Assembly: GCA_963667465.2 (NCBI GenBank)
Contig: CAXXDN010000002.1
Location: forward strand, 224,001-288,000
From: Dehalococcoidia bacterium
GTDB lineage: Bacteria > Chloroflexota > Dehalococcoidia > UBA2979
Reading direction: 5' to 3'
DNA length: 64,000 bases
A program made the position numbers and the translations under genes. Position 1 is the stretch's first letter. Each line of letters begins with the position of its first letter. A model generated the notes under the pieces. It ran no database searches, was not told the origin of the DNA, and saw only the letters and a list, made by a program, of their open reading frames with translations. This document shows positions 1 through 9,847 of this stretch, in pieces.

Positions 1-1
1 C

Positions 2-382
2 CGGCTAGGCCTCGAGGACAGCAACTTCGCGAACCCGCACGGCCTCGACGAGCCTGGGCACCACGCCTCCGCCTACGACCTCGCGATGCTCGCCCGCTAC
101 GGGATGACGCTGCCCGAGTTCCAGTCGGTCGTAGGCGAGACGTACTGGACCGCGCACGGCTCGCGGGAACTCTCGATGCGCAACGGGAACTACATGCTCG
201 ATTACGCGGATGTCGATGGCGTCAAGACCGGCTTCACGGATGACGCTGGCCTGACGCTGGTGGCGTCGGCCACGCGCGACGACAGGCGGCTCTTCGTCGT
301 CCTGCTGAACGCGCCGAACCGCTTCGACGAGGCTCGCTGGCTGCTCGACTGGGCCTTCGAGGAGCACCGCTGGCCGGGGTAG
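2..382 (+). CDS. D-alanyl-D-alanine carboxypeptidase (peptidase S11), 5'-truncated by window edge
   Basis: Frame is open from base 2: RLGLEDSNFANPHGLDEPGHHASAYDLAML...GVKTGFTDDAG; NPHGL and KTG motifs of low-MW PBPs. Confidence 0.9.
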   Translation, partial: RLGLEDSNFANPHGLDEPGHHASAYDLAMLARYGMTLPEFQSVVGETYWTAHGSRELSMRNGNYMLDYADVDGVKTGFTDDAGLTLVASATRDDRRLFVVLLNAPNRFDEARWLLDWAFEEHRWPG

Positions 383-408
383 CGCCCGCTGCCAGCGGCC
401 CTCGACGG

Positions 409-1119
409 CTACGCGGTCTCCTCGGAAGGCCGCGCGTGCTGCTCGCCCCAGCGGTCCCAGTGCGTCACGTCGTCCACGGGGATGCGCTGCGGCTGGGAGA
501 ACGGGACCGTCGGGTAGCCCATCGGGACCAGCGCCATCGGCTCGTAGCCCTCGGGCAGGTTGAGCAGCTCGTGCAGCTCCGGCATGTCGACGGCCCAGCC
601 GGTGATCACCGAGCCGATCCCGTAGGCGCGCGCGGCCAGCATCATGTTTTGCACCCCGCCGAAGATCGAGGCGCCCGCGCGGCGCGGGTTGCGCCCCGCA
701 CGGCGCGATCCGGGGCCGCCGAACAGGCAGGGGAAGACGATGACCGGCGCATCCTGCAGGTTGTGCGCCAGGTGCCTCACCGCACGGTAGTTCTGGGCGG
801 TCAGCCCGTAGTCAATCTCCTCGTTGATCGTGTAGGTGCCGGACTGGATGCGGCCGGTGTCCGTCAGCGTCGACTCGTCGACGCGTCCGTAGGTGTTGTC
901 GTACTCCTGCTTGAACCAGAAGGCGATCTTGCGCTTCGCCTCCGGATCCTGGACCACCACCCAGCCCCAGTTCTGACGGTTGGCGCCGGTCGGCCCGCGG
1001 ATCGCGGCGTCGAGGATCGACCAGAGCACGTCCTCGGGGATCGGGTCGGGCTTGAAGCGGCGGATTGCTCGCGTCGAGTGGATCGCCTCGAGGAGGCCGA
1101 TCGTGGGTTCGTCTGCCAT
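409..1119 (-). CDS. Nitroreductase family protein
   Basis: EAIHSTRAIRRF, PTGANRQNW, QNMMLAARAYGIGS and GYP motifs. Confidence 0.9.
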   Translation of the reverse strand: MADEPTIGLLEAIHSTRAIRRFKPDPIPEDVLWSILDAAIRGPTGANRQNWGWVVVQDPEAKRKIAFWFKQEYDNTYGRVDESTLTDTGRIQSGTYTINEEIDYGLTAQNYRAVRHLAHNLQDAPVIVFPCLFGGPGSRRAGRNPRRAGASIFGGVQNMMLAARAYGIGSVITGWAVDMPELHELLNLPEGYEPMALVPMGYPTVPFSQPQRIPVDDVTHWDRWGEQHARPSEETA

Positions 1120-1191
1120 CGCAAGCTCCCTGCGTGCTGCCGCCTCGGTTGCTGCTCCCGTCCCGGGTGTGGAGGGTCGCCTCGGGGGCGG

Positions 1192-2310
1192 CTACTCGTC
1201 TTCGTAGTCGGGCGGGTCGAAGCCCATCGCGTCGAGGCTGTCGCGCGCCTCTTCGACGAGGTCGAGCAAAGTTTGGCGCGCGGGCTTCATCTCCGTCACG
1301 AAGCCGACGCCCTGGCCAGCCGGGATGCGCAGCCAGTCGTAGACCTGGTGATCCTCGACGGCTTGCTCGAGCTTGCCGAGCAACATGCCCTGGAGCGGCA
1401 TCGCGAGCGGCGGCGGGGCGTCCGGCGCGTCGAAGACATCGGTGAACGCGCCGCGGATCACGCGCATGCGCTTGCCGTCGACGGCCTCGGACACCCAGGC
1501 GTCCTGGTTGCCGGAGTCGAGCAGCTTCTGCTTCTTCGCCATCGGGGTTTCTGACTCGTGCGTGGTCTGCCAGATCGTCCCGCACCAGACGCCGGCCGCC
1601 CCGAGGGCGAGCGCGGCGACGATGTGCGCGCCGGTCGTGACGCCGCCCGCGGCGAGGATCGGCGTGTCGTAGTCTTTCGCGATCTCGGTCACCTCGCGCA
1701 CGAGCGAGAAGGTGCCCATGCGGCCGGTGTGGCCCCCGGAGTCCTGCCCCTGGGCGATGATCAGGTCGAGCCCCTGCTCGAGCTCGCGCCGCGCCTGGCG
1801 GGCGAGACCGATCAGCCCCCAGACCTTGATCCCGGCGTCGTGCAACTCGTCGAGGATGAAGGCAGGGCTGCCCATCCCGGAGGCGAAGATCGGAACCTGC
1901 TCCGCCTTGATGACGTCGAACTTGGCGCGCGCCTTGCGCAGCAGGTCCACGCGCTCCTGGCGCCACGGCCCGGGCGTCTTCGGCTCCGGGATGCCGTGCT
2001 CCTCCATCACCCGGTCGACGAAATCGATGTGCCCCTGCGGGATCTGCGCCTCGAGATCCTCCGGGGTGCCCTCGATGTACGAGGCGGAGAGCAGCAGGTC
2101 GACGCCGAAGGGGCGGTCGCCGACGCGCTCCTTGATCCAGCGCACGTCGGACTGGATCTGCTCCGGAGTGAGCGAGTTGGCGCCGTAGATGCCGATGCCA
2201 CCGGCGTTGGTGACGGCAGCGACCACGTCTTTCGTGTGCGCGAACCCGATGATTGGGTACTCACAGCCGTACTCGTCGCAGAGGCGGGTGTGAAGCGGAT
2301 CGGATGGCAT
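1192..2310 (-). CDS. Nitronate monooxygenase / FabK-like FMN-dependent oxidoreductase (paralog 1)
   Basis: AVTNAGGIG, PFGVDLL, AQGQDSGGHTG, AAGGV and ALALGAAGVWCGT motifs. Confidence 0.88.
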   Translation of the reverse strand: MPSDPLHTRLCDEYGCEYPIIGFAHTKDVVAAVTNAGGIGIYGANSLTPEQIQSDVRWIKERVGDRPFGVDLLLSASYIEGTPEDLEAQIPQGHIDFVDRVMEEHGIPEPKTPGPWRQERVDLLRKARAKFDVIKAEQVPIFASGMGSPAFILDELHDAGIKVWGLIGLARQARRELEQGLDLIIAQGQDSGGHTGRMGTFSLVREVTEIAKDYDTPILAAGGVTTGAHIVAALALGAAGVWCGTIWQTTHESETPMAKKQKLLDSGNQDAWVSEAVDGKRMRVIRGAFTDVFDAPDAPPPLAMPLQGMLLGKLEQAVEDHQVYDWLRIPAGQGVGFVTEMKPARQTLLDLVEEARDSLDAMGFDPPDYEDE

Positions 2311-2340
2311 CGACTACTCCTTGCAGCGGGCTGAGGGGAG

Positions 2341-3672
2341 CTACCGCCCGATTGACCCCGGGCGCAGGTTCTCGGTGCCGACGGCCGCGCCGCGGCGGAG
2401 CTCGCGAGGCGGCTCCACTGGTGGAGTCGGCACCTCGAACGTCTCTGGCACCAGCGCAGGATCGAGGTGCTGCGAACTGACGGGGGCGTCCGTCTGGAAC
2501 GGATCGTTGAGGCCGAGCTCCTTCGCGATCTCGCGGAGGCGTGGCAGCACCTCCTGGCCGGTCAGCTCGATGCAGCGCATCGCGTCCTCGTGGCTGACGC
2601 GCCCGTCGCTGCCCCAGAGGGCGAAGATGCCCGGCCGCGTCGCTTCCATGACGACGCGCAGCTCCTCGACGACCTGGTCCGGCGTCCCGGCGACGATCGT
2701 GCGGGTTGAGCGCTGGTCGTCGAAGGGGCGGGCGCGGGGGTCCTCGCCGCGGTGGTTGATGACCTGCACGTACTGCTCGCGCCGCGTCGGCGAGAAGTAG
2801 CCCGAGGGCGACTGGTACTCCGGCTGGCCGACGCCGGCGAACTCGCCCTGCATCCACATGAACTGCTTCGCGTTCTCGACGGCCTTCTCCTCCGTGTCGG
2901 CGACGTGCACGCGCAGCAGGTAGCCGCGGTGCTCGGGTCCGGCCTCGTACCCGGCCTCGGCCGCGGTCTCGTCGTAGAGCTTCCAGATCTGCTGCGTGAC
3001 ATCGACGGCGGTGTTGAGCGCGATGTAGGGGTAACGCTGCTGTGCGCACCAGACGATCGTCTCCGGGCTCGCGGTGCCAGGCACCCAGATGCGCGGGTGC
3101 GGCTGCTGCAGCGGGCGCGCCCAGGGGTTCACGGCGCGGAAGTGGTAGTGGTCGCCCTCCCAGCGCCAGGGGCCGGGCTCCGTCCAGGCCTTCACGATCA
3201 GGTCGTGCGCCTCGTAGAAGCGATCGCGGTTGAACGCCGGGTTGACGTTGTTGGCGAGTTGCTCGGAGCCGCCGCCCCGGACGATGCCGGCGACGAGGCG
3301 GCCCTTCGAGATCATGTCGACCATGGCGAGGCTCTCGGCTGCCGCGAGCGGGTTGTCGAGGGTCGGCAGCGGCGTACCGAGCAGTACGATCTTCACGCGC
3401 TCGGTCGCGGCGGCGAGGATGCTGGCCCAGACGGTAATCTGCGACTGCATGCAGAACGGCGCGTTGTGGTGCTCGTTGAGCATGATGCCGTCGTAGCCGA
3501 CCTCCTCGGCCTTCAGGTACTCCCGGAGGCGGTCGTTGTAGAGGCGGCTGCCCTCGACGGGGTTGTAGTACTTGTTGGAGAACGTCACCCGCGTCGTGCC
3601 GAGGTTGCCTTCCTCGTCCCGCGGTTCCGGATAGGCGGAGTCCGGTTGCTCGGTGAAGTACATGAGGTGCAT
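2341..3672 (-). CDS. LLM-class (luciferase-like) flavin-dependent oxidoreductase
   Basis: GYDGIMLNEHH, AESLAMVDMISKGRL and PLQQPHPRIW motifs. Start set at MHLMYF (3672) because the track's ATG at 3717 lies inside a TAGAAT -10 box. Confidence 0.9.
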   Translation of the reverse strand: MHLMYFTEQPDSAYPEPRDEEGNLGTTRVTFSNKYYNPVEGSRLYNDRLREYLKAEEVGYDGIMLNEHHNAPFCMQSQITVWASILAAATERVKIVLLGTPLPTLDNPLAAAESLAMVDMISKGRLVAGIVRGGGSEQLANNVNPAFNRDRFYEAHDLIVKAWTEPGPWRWEGDHYHFRAVNPWARPLQQPHPRIWVPGTASPETIVWCAQQRYPYIALNTAVDVTQQIWKLYDETAAEAGYEAGPEHRGYLLRVHVADTEEKAVENAKQFMWMQGEFAGVGQPEYQSPSGYFSPTRREQYVQVINHRGEDPRARPFDDQRSTRTIVAGTPDQVVEELRVVMEATRPGIFALWGSDGRVSHEDAMRCIELTGQEVLPRLREIAKELGLNDPFQTDAPVSSQHLDPALVPETFEVPTPPVEPPRELRRGAAVGTENLRPGSIGR

Positions 3673-3776
3673 GGCGTTGCTCCTGGCTCCCGGGGGTGGT
3701 CCCCGCGTCTGGGGCATTCTAGCGTGTCGCCCAACGGGGGCGGCTCGGCGGCTGGCCGCGGATTGGGGAGGTTGCG

Positions 3777-4979
3777 ATGACGAAGGCGTTAGAGGGACTG
3801 CGCGTGCTCGATCTCGCGCGGCTCGGTCCGGGGATGTACGGCTCGATGCTGCTCGCCGACTTCGGCGCGGACGTGCTGATGGTCGAGATCCCGCCCGGCG
3901 CCGTACCGCGCTTCGACGCCCAGGGTGGCGGCGACCCGGAGGCAGCCGCCCAGGCCGAGCGCCAGATCGCGACCAACGCCTTCCGCCGCAACAAGCGCTC
4001 GATCGCCATCAACCTGCGCGAGCCCGAGGGCCTCGAGCTGTTCTACCGCCTCGTCGATGACGCCGACGTCGTGCTCGACGGCTTCCGGCCCGGGGTGACG
4101 GAGCGTCTCGGGATCGATTACGCGACACTGTCGGCGCGCAACTCGCGGATCATCACCGGCACCCTGTCCGGCTACGGCCGGACCGGACCCTACGCCCAGA
4201 TGGCCGGACACGACATCAACTACATCTCGATCGGCGGGGCGCTCGGCATGATCGGCGGCGCCGATGGCCGGCCGGTGCTGCCGCTCAACCTGGTCGCCGA
4301 CTTCGGCGGGGGCGGGCTGCTGCTGGCCTTCGCCGTGCTGATCGCCGTGCAGGCGCGCGAGCGCAGCGGACGCGGCCAGGACATCGACCTCGCGATGTCG
4401 GACGGCGTGACCTCGCTGCTCAGCATGCAGATCTCGAGGATGTTCAACGTCGGCAAGCCCCCGCCACCGCGCGGGGAGCACCCGCTCGGCGGCGGGCGCT
4501 GCTTCTACAACGTCTACCAGTGCGCCGACGGCAAGTGGGTGAGCGTCGGCGCGATCGAGGCCTACTTCTTCGAGGCGCTTTGTCGCGGGCTCGGCCACGA
4601 GGAGTTCATCCCCCACCAGCACGACGACGATCGTCAGCAGGAAATGATGGACGCCTTTGCCACGACCTTCCGGACGCGCTCGCGCGACGAGTGGTTTGCG
4701 ATCCTCGGCGACGCGGACGCCTGCCTCACGCCCGTGCTCGACCTCGACGAGATGGCGGTGGACCCACACGTGCGGGAGCGCGGGCTCGTCGAGGCCATCG
4801 ACGATCCGCTCGCCGGCGCCGTCGAGCAGGTGGGCGTCGCGCCGAGGCTGCTCGGCACGCCGGGCGAGGTGCGGCTGCCCTCGGCGCGGCTCGGCGAGCA
4901 CACGGAGGAGGTGCTCGGCTCGCTCGGCCTCGAGGCGGCGCGGATCGCGGAGCTGCGCGGGCGCGGGGTGGTGGCCTGA
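3777..4979 (+). CDS. Family III CoA-transferase (CaiB/BaiF, alpha-methylacyl-CoA racemase-like)
   Basis: LEGLRVLDL, RNKRSI, GFRPGV, AGHDINY and catalytic ADFGGGG motifs; GGAGG SD upstream. Confidence 0.92.
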   Translation: MTKALEGLRVLDLARLGPGMYGSMLLADFGADVLMVEIPPGAVPRFDAQGGGDPEAAAQAERQIATNAFRRNKRSIAINLREPEGLELFYRLVDDADVVLDGFRPGVTERLGIDYATLSARNSRIITGTLSGYGRTGPYAQMAGHDINYISIGGALGMIGGADGRPVLPLNLVADFGGGGLLLAFAVLIAVQARERSGRGQDIDLAMSDGVTSLLSMQISRMFNVGKPPPPRGEHPLGGGRCFYNVYQCADGKWVSVGAIEAYFFEALCRGLGHEEFIPHQHDDDRQQEMMDAFATTFRTRSRDEWFAILGDADACLTPVLDLDEMAVDPHVRERGLVEAIDDPLAGAVEQVGVAPRLLGTPGEVRLPSARLGEHTEEVLGSLGLEAARIAELRGRGVVA

Positions 4980-5009
4980 GCGGTCGCCTCGGTCGGTCGC
5001 TGCCGGTGG

Positions 5010-6287
5010 TCAGGCGAGGCCGAGCTCGGCCAGCAGCTCCTCGGTGTGCTCGCCGAGCCGCGGCGGGCGGCGGCTGATCGCCCACGGCGACGCACCGAAG
5101 CGCCAGGGCGCGCCGGGGTAGGTGAAGGAGCGGCCCAGCTCCGGGTGCTCGACCTCGGTGGGGAAGCCGCGCGCGACGAAGTGCGGGTCAGCGATCACGT
5201 CCTCGGGCGCGTAGATGATCCCGACCTGGAAGCCGCGCTCCTGGGCGCCGGCGAAGAAGTCGTAGGCGGGCAGCCGCGCGGCGAGCAGGGTCATCGCCGC
5301 CCGCCCCGCCGCCAGCAGCGCTGCCTCAGCCCCGTCCTCGCCGATCCGCCCGACGTCGAGCATGCGACCGAGTCCCGCCGCGACCTCGAGCAGCGGCGCC
5401 TCCGCGAGCTCGTCGAGCAGGTCGAGCTCGCCCAGCCACGCGATCAGGGTCTCGAACTGCTCCGGGTAGCGAGGGGGAGTGCCGGCGTTCACCCAGCGTC
5501 CGTCGGCCGCCTGGAGCTGCGTCGGACCGGTCGGCGCGGGGGCGGCGTGGCGGCCGGTCTGGCGTTGCACGGTGTTGTTGGCGACGAGCCACTGGTAGCT
5601 GGCCGCCTCGGTCGTAACGTTCGAGGCGGCATGCATGCTCACGTCGATGAACTGCCCCTCGCCGCCCTCGCCGCCCTCGCCGCGGTGGAGCAGCGCGGTG
5701 AGGATCGAAATCAGCGCCCAGTGGCAGCCGGTCTGGAAGCCCTGGCCGCCGCCGCCGCGCACCGGCGGCAGCGAGTGGTCGTCGTAGCCGCATGACCACA
5801 CCGGACCGCCGCCCGCGAGGATCGTGAGGTCCGTGAACGGCTCGAGGCTGCGCGGATCGTCGCGCCCGAACGAGGTGATCGCCGCGTGAATCAGCCGCGG
5901 GTTGCCCTCGCGCAGGTCCGCGTAGTCCAGCCCCAGCGCCGCGAGGCGGCCGGGCGGCTGGTCCTCCACCAGCACGTCGGCGTTCGCCACCAGGCGGCGG
6001 AACGCCTCGCGGCCCTCGTCGCCCTCGAGGTCGAGCGCGAGCGAGCGCTTGCTGGTGTTGTAGTGCCAGAAGTAGAGGCTGCGCTCCGGGTGCGGCTCGT
6101 CGCCGAGGAAGGGCTCGTAGCCGCGCGTGCGGGAGCCCTCGGGCGGCTCGACCTTGACGACGGCCGCGCCCATGTCGCCGAGCAGCTTGCCCGCCAGCTC
6201 GCCCGCCTCATCGCAGAGTTCGACTACGCGCAGGCCGGCCATTGGGCCGGATTGGAGACCGGAGGCGCTGGCCGGCGGCTGCGTCAT
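5010..6287 (-). CDS. Family III CoA-transferase subunit lacking the catalytic Asp (BbsE-like)
   Basis: LRVVEL, GDMGAAVVKVEPP, YNTSKRS and GEGQFIDVSM motifs. Start MTQPP overlaps the upstream stop (ATGA). Confidence 0.85.
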   Translation of the reverse strand: MTQPPASASGLQSGPMAGLRVVELCDEAGELAGKLLGDMGAAVVKVEPPEGSRTRGYEPFLGDEPHPERSLYFWHYNTSKRSLALDLEGDEGREAFRRLVANADVLVEDQPPGRLAALGLDYADLREGNPRLIHAAITSFGRDDPRSLEPFTDLTILAGGGPVWSCGYDDHSLPPVRGGGGQGFQTGCHWALISILTALLHRGEGGEGGEGQFIDVSMHAASNVTTEAASYQWLVANNTVQRQTGRHAAPAPTGPTQLQAADGRWVNAGTPPRYPEQFETLIAWLGELDLLDELAEAPLLEVAAGLGRMLDVGRIGEDGAEAALLAAGRAAMTLLAARLPAYDFFAGAQERGFQVGIIYAPEDVIADPHFVARGFPTEVEHPELGRSFTYPGAPWRFGASPWAISRRPPRLGEHTEELLAELGLA

Positions 6288-7522
6288 ATCACGCCGTCCT
6301 CGTGCAGCTGCTCGACCTCGCTGCTGTCGAGGCCGAGCAACTCGCCGAAGACGTACTCGTTGTGCTCGCCGAGGCAGGGCGCGCCGCGCTTGAGCTGCCA
6401 ATCCGTCTCGCTCAGATGCGCGGGCAGGCCGTCGACGCGGACGCGGCCCAGCTCCGTGTGCGTGACCTCGGGCCAGAGGCCCCAGGCGGCCGTGCTCGGG
6501 TCGTGGTCGATGCGATCCTCGGGGCGCGCGACGGCGGCCGCGGGCACGCCGGCCGCCCGCAGCCGCGCGGCCGTCTCGAAGGCGTCCCGCTCGCCGGTCC
6601 ACGCTGCGAGCAGCTCGTCGAGCGGGGCCTCATGCTCGCGGCGCGCCTCGAGGCTGGCGAAGCGCGGGTCGTCGGTCCACGGATCGGCGACGACGGTTGC
6701 GAGGGCGCGCCAGTCCTGCTCGTTGCGGCAGGCGATGGCGATCCAGTTGTCCTCGCCGGCAGCGGGGTAGATCGCGTGCGGCGACATCGGCGGCCACTCG
6801 CTGTGGTTCGAGTCGGGCCGGCCGTCGCGGCGCGTCGGGCGTCCGTTGGCGCTGTAGTCGAGGATTGCCGGTCCGGTCAGCGTCGCGCCTGCCTCGGTGC
6901 AGGCCATATCCACCCACTGGCCCTCGCCGGTGACGTTGCGATGGTGCAGCGCGGCGAGCAGGCCGATCGCCATGTAGTAGGCGCCCGTGTGGTCCATGTA
7001 GGAGTAGCCCCAGCCGGCGGGCGGCTGGTCACGCAGCTTCGAGGTCCACGTCAGTCCGGAGATCGCCTGCACGAGCGGCCCCCAGGTCTTGAAGTCGCGG
7101 TAGGGGCCACTGCTGCCGAAACCGCTGTTCGAGACGTAGACGATGTCCGGCTTCAGCTCGCGTAGCTGCTCGTAGCCGAAGCCCAGCCGCTTCATCACGC
7201 CGGCCGAGAAATTCTCCGTCACCGCGTCGGAGCTGCGCACGAGGTCGCGCAGCAGCTCCTTGCCGCGCTCCGTGCGGAGGTTGAGCGTGATGCCCAGCTT
7301 CTCCGTGTTGTGGTTGTTGAAGGAGCCACCCAGGTTGATGCCGCGCCGCTCGTCGGGGTAGGGCGGCTGCCCGCGCAGGATGTCCCAGCGCCCCTCGTTC
7401 ACGGGATCCTCGATGCGGATCACCTCGGCGCCGAAGGCCGCGAGGGCGCGCGTCGCGCCCGCGCCGGCGAGCTGGCCGGTGAAGTCGCAGATCCGGTAGT
7501 TGGCGAGCGCCCGCTCCATCAC
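6284..7522 (-). CDS. Family III CoA-transferase (catalytic, BbsF/Frc-like)
   Basis: FGAEVIRIE, ENFSAGV, YSYMDHTGA (Asp present) and TGEGQWVD motifs. Confidence 0.9.
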   Translation of the reverse strand: MMERALANYRICDFTGQLAGAGATRALAAFGAEVIRIEDPVNEGRWDILRGQPPYPDERRGINLGGSFNNHNTEKLGITLNLRTERGKELLRDLVRSSDAVTENFSAGVMKRLGFGYEQLRELKPDIVYVSNSGFGSSGPYRDFKTWGPLVQAISGLTWTSKLRDQPPAGWGYSYMDHTGAYYMAIGLLAALHHRNVTGEGQWVDMACTEAGATLTGPAILDYSANGRPTRRDGRPDSNHSEWPPMSPHAIYPAAGEDNWIAIACRNEQDWRALATVVADPWTDDPRFASLEARREHEAPLDELLAAWTGERDAFETAARLRAAGVPAAAVARPEDRIDHDPSTAAWGLWPEVTHTELGRVRVDGLPAHLSETDWQLKRGAPCLGEHNEYVFGELLGLDSSEVEQLHEDGVI

Positions 7523-7661
7523 ATGCCCTTCGCGGCTCCTGCGGTGCGGGCGTCATGGTAACGGCGGCGTCCTCTCCGGGGGACCAGGAAGGCCACGGCG
7601 TTCCGCATCGTGAGGCGCCGCGAAGCGCCCTCGCTGGTTGCCGTTCGGGCGGGTGGCGGGG

Positions 7662-9767
7662 CTAGCTGAACGGGGCGCGAGCCAGCAACTCGGCGTGCAC
7701 GCCGGGCCGCGGGCACTGCGGATCGCGCTCCCACGCGGCGTCGCGCAGCTCCCAGCCCTGGCGGCGGTCGGCGAGCTGGGAGTCGAGCACGTTCTGCAGC
7801 TGTTCGCGCAGGTCGTCCTGGCGGATCGGCGTGAGGATCTCGATCCGCTCGTCCAGGTTGCGCTCCATCAGGTCGGCGCTGCCGATGAAGTACTCGGGGG
7901 CGCCGTCGTTCTCGAAGTAGTAGATGCGCGCGTGCTCGAGGAAGCGGCCGACGACGCTGACGACGCGCACCCGCTCGCTCAGCCCCTCGATGCCGGGGCG
8001 CAGGCGGCAGATGCCGCGCACGATCAGGTCGACCTGCACGCCGGCCTGCGCCGCCTCGTAGAGCAGGCGGGTGAAGCGGGCGTCCTCGAGGGCGTTCATC
8101 TTGAAGATCACGCGCGCCGGCCGGCCGTTGCGCGCATGCTCGAGCTCGCGCCGCACCCGCTGCTCGAAGTCGCGCCGCAGCGTGGTGGGCGCGACGACGA
8201 GGTGGTCCGTCACCGGCCGCGCCGACGACCCCGTGAGGTGGTTGAAGACCGTCACGAGGTCCGAGCAGATGCCGTGGTCGGACGTGAACAGGCCGAGGTC
8301 GCTGTAAATCCGCGCCGTGGCGGAGTTGTAGTTCCCTGTCCCGATGTGCGCATAGAGCCGCAGCTCCGATTCCTCCTCGCGGACGACGAGGCAGGTCTTG
8401 CTGTGCACCTTCAGCGCCGGTGAGCCGTAGGCGATGTGCACCCCCGCCTGCTCGAGGCGGTGCGTCCACTCGATGTTGTTCGCCTCGTCGAAGCGCGCCG
8501 AGAGCTCGACGACGACGGCGACCTGCTTGCCCTTGCCCGCTGCGTCGATGAGCGACTCCAGCACGGGCGAGTCCGGCGAGGTGCGGTACAGCGTCTGCTT
8601 GATCGCGAGCACCCGCGGGTCCTGCGCAGCGGCCTCGACGAAGCGCGCGACCGTCGCGTCGAAGGATTCATACGGGTGGGAGACCATCACGTCCCGCTCG
8701 CGCAGCAGCGCGAACAGTGCGTGGTGGTCCTCGATGTTGGCGAACGAGGAGGGGACGGCCGGGGTGAACGGAGGCATCGCGAGATCGGGCCGCGGCAGCG
8801 TGCCGATCTGCATCAGGTCGTCCTTGCCGATCAGGTCGTCGATCTCGATCACGTCGGACTCGTCGAGATCGAGCTCGTCGAGCAGCAGCCGGCGGTGTGC
8901 GGCCGGCAGCGCGGCGGGAGCCTCGAGGGCGACGGCGGACGCGAGCCGCCGCTGCTCGAGCTGGCTCTCGATCAGCTCTCGCAAGTCCGCCGCGGCCTCG
9001 CCCGGCTCGCCGATGTCGGCGCTGCGGAGCACGCGCACCATGTTCCAGCCGCGCACCTCGACGCCGTTGAAGAGCAGGTGCAGGAAGGCCCCGATCACCT
9101 CCTCGATCGGCACGAGGCGCCCGTCGCCGATCTCGATGAAGCGCGGGCGGTTGGGCGGCACCTTGACGCGGGCGAAACGCCCGCTGCTGCTGCCGGGGTC
9201 CGCCAGTTCGATCACCAGCGAGAGGCTGCCGCCCGAGATGAACGGGAACGGGTGCGCCGGATCGACGACCAGCGGTGTCAGCACCGGCAGGATCATGCGC
9301 TCGAAGTGCTCGCCCAGTTCTGCCTGCTCGGCCTCGTTGAGCGAGTCGAAGCTGACGATGCGAACCTCGGCGGCCGCGAGGGCGGGGCGTAGCTCGCGCA
9401 TCCACAGCTCGTCGGTCGCGTGGCGCATTGCCGCGCAGCGCTCTTTCGCCTGCGTCAGCTGCTCGGCGACGGTGAGGCCGTCCACGGTGCGGCGGGCGGG
9501 GTTCGTGCGCAGCAGGCGCTGCAGCCAGCCGATCCGCTTCTCGTAGAACTCGTCGAGGTTGCTGTTGGTGATGGCGACGAACTTGACGCGCTCGAGCAGC
9601 GGGTTGCGCGGATCCTGCGCCTCTGCCAGCACGCGGTCGTTGAAGTCCAGCCAGCTCAACTCGCGGTTGAGGTAGAGCCGCGCGTCGTCGAGGTCCAGCG
9701 CGGCCGCGCTGCGCGTGTCAGCGCGCGCTCCGGCGGCAGCCCGTGCGGCCTGGGGAGTACTTGTCAT
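7662..9767 (-). CDS. ppk1: Polyphosphate kinase 1
   Basis: YLNRELSWLDFNDRVL, SNLDEF, DPAHPFPFIS, HPYESF, AIKQTLYR, LKVHSK, GTGNYN, GRFLEHARIY and GSADLMERNL motifs. Confidence 0.97.
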   Translation of the reverse strand: MTSTPQAARAAAGARADTRSAAALDLDDARLYLNRELSWLDFNDRVLAEAQDPRNPLLERVKFVAITNSNLDEFYEKRIGWLQRLLRTNPARRTVDGLTVAEQLTQAKERCAAMRHATDELWMRELRPALAAAEVRIVSFDSLNEAEQAELGEHFERMILPVLTPLVVDPAHPFPFISGGSLSLVIELADPGSSSGRFARVKVPPNRPRFIEIGDGRLVPIEEVIGAFLHLLFNGVEVRGWNMVRVLRSADIGEPGEAAADLRELIESQLEQRRLASAVALEAPAALPAAHRRLLLDELDLDESDVIEIDDLIGKDDLMQIGTLPRPDLAMPPFTPAVPSSFANIEDHHALFALLRERDVMVSHPYESFDATVARFVEAAAQDPRVLAIKQTLYRTSPDSPVLESLIDAAGKGKQVAVVVELSARFDEANNIEWTHRLEQAGVHIAYGSPALKVHSKTCLVVREEESELRLYAHIGTGNYNSATARIYSDLGLFTSDHGICSDLVTVFNHLTGSSARPVTDHLVVAPTTLRRDFEQRVRRELEHARNGRPARVIFKMNALEDARFTRLLYEAAQAGVQVDLIVRGICRLRPGIEGLSERVRVVSVVGRFLEHARIYYFENDGAPEYFIGSADLMERNLDERIEILTPIRQDDLREQLQNVLDSQLADRRQGWELRDAAWERDPQCPRPGVHAELLARAPFS

Positions 9768-9847
9768 GGCTCACACAGGATACATATTTTCGTGAACGTT
9801 CGAGGGGCTCCGGCGTGCTATGCGCCGAGCGCGACCAGCAAGCGGGC

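Noticed and set aside
9785-9802. GAACGTTC / GTTCAC upstream of ppk1 as a LexA or Pho box
   Set aside because: No 4-nt spacer for LexA, and only one half-site with no 11-bp direct repeat for a Pho box.
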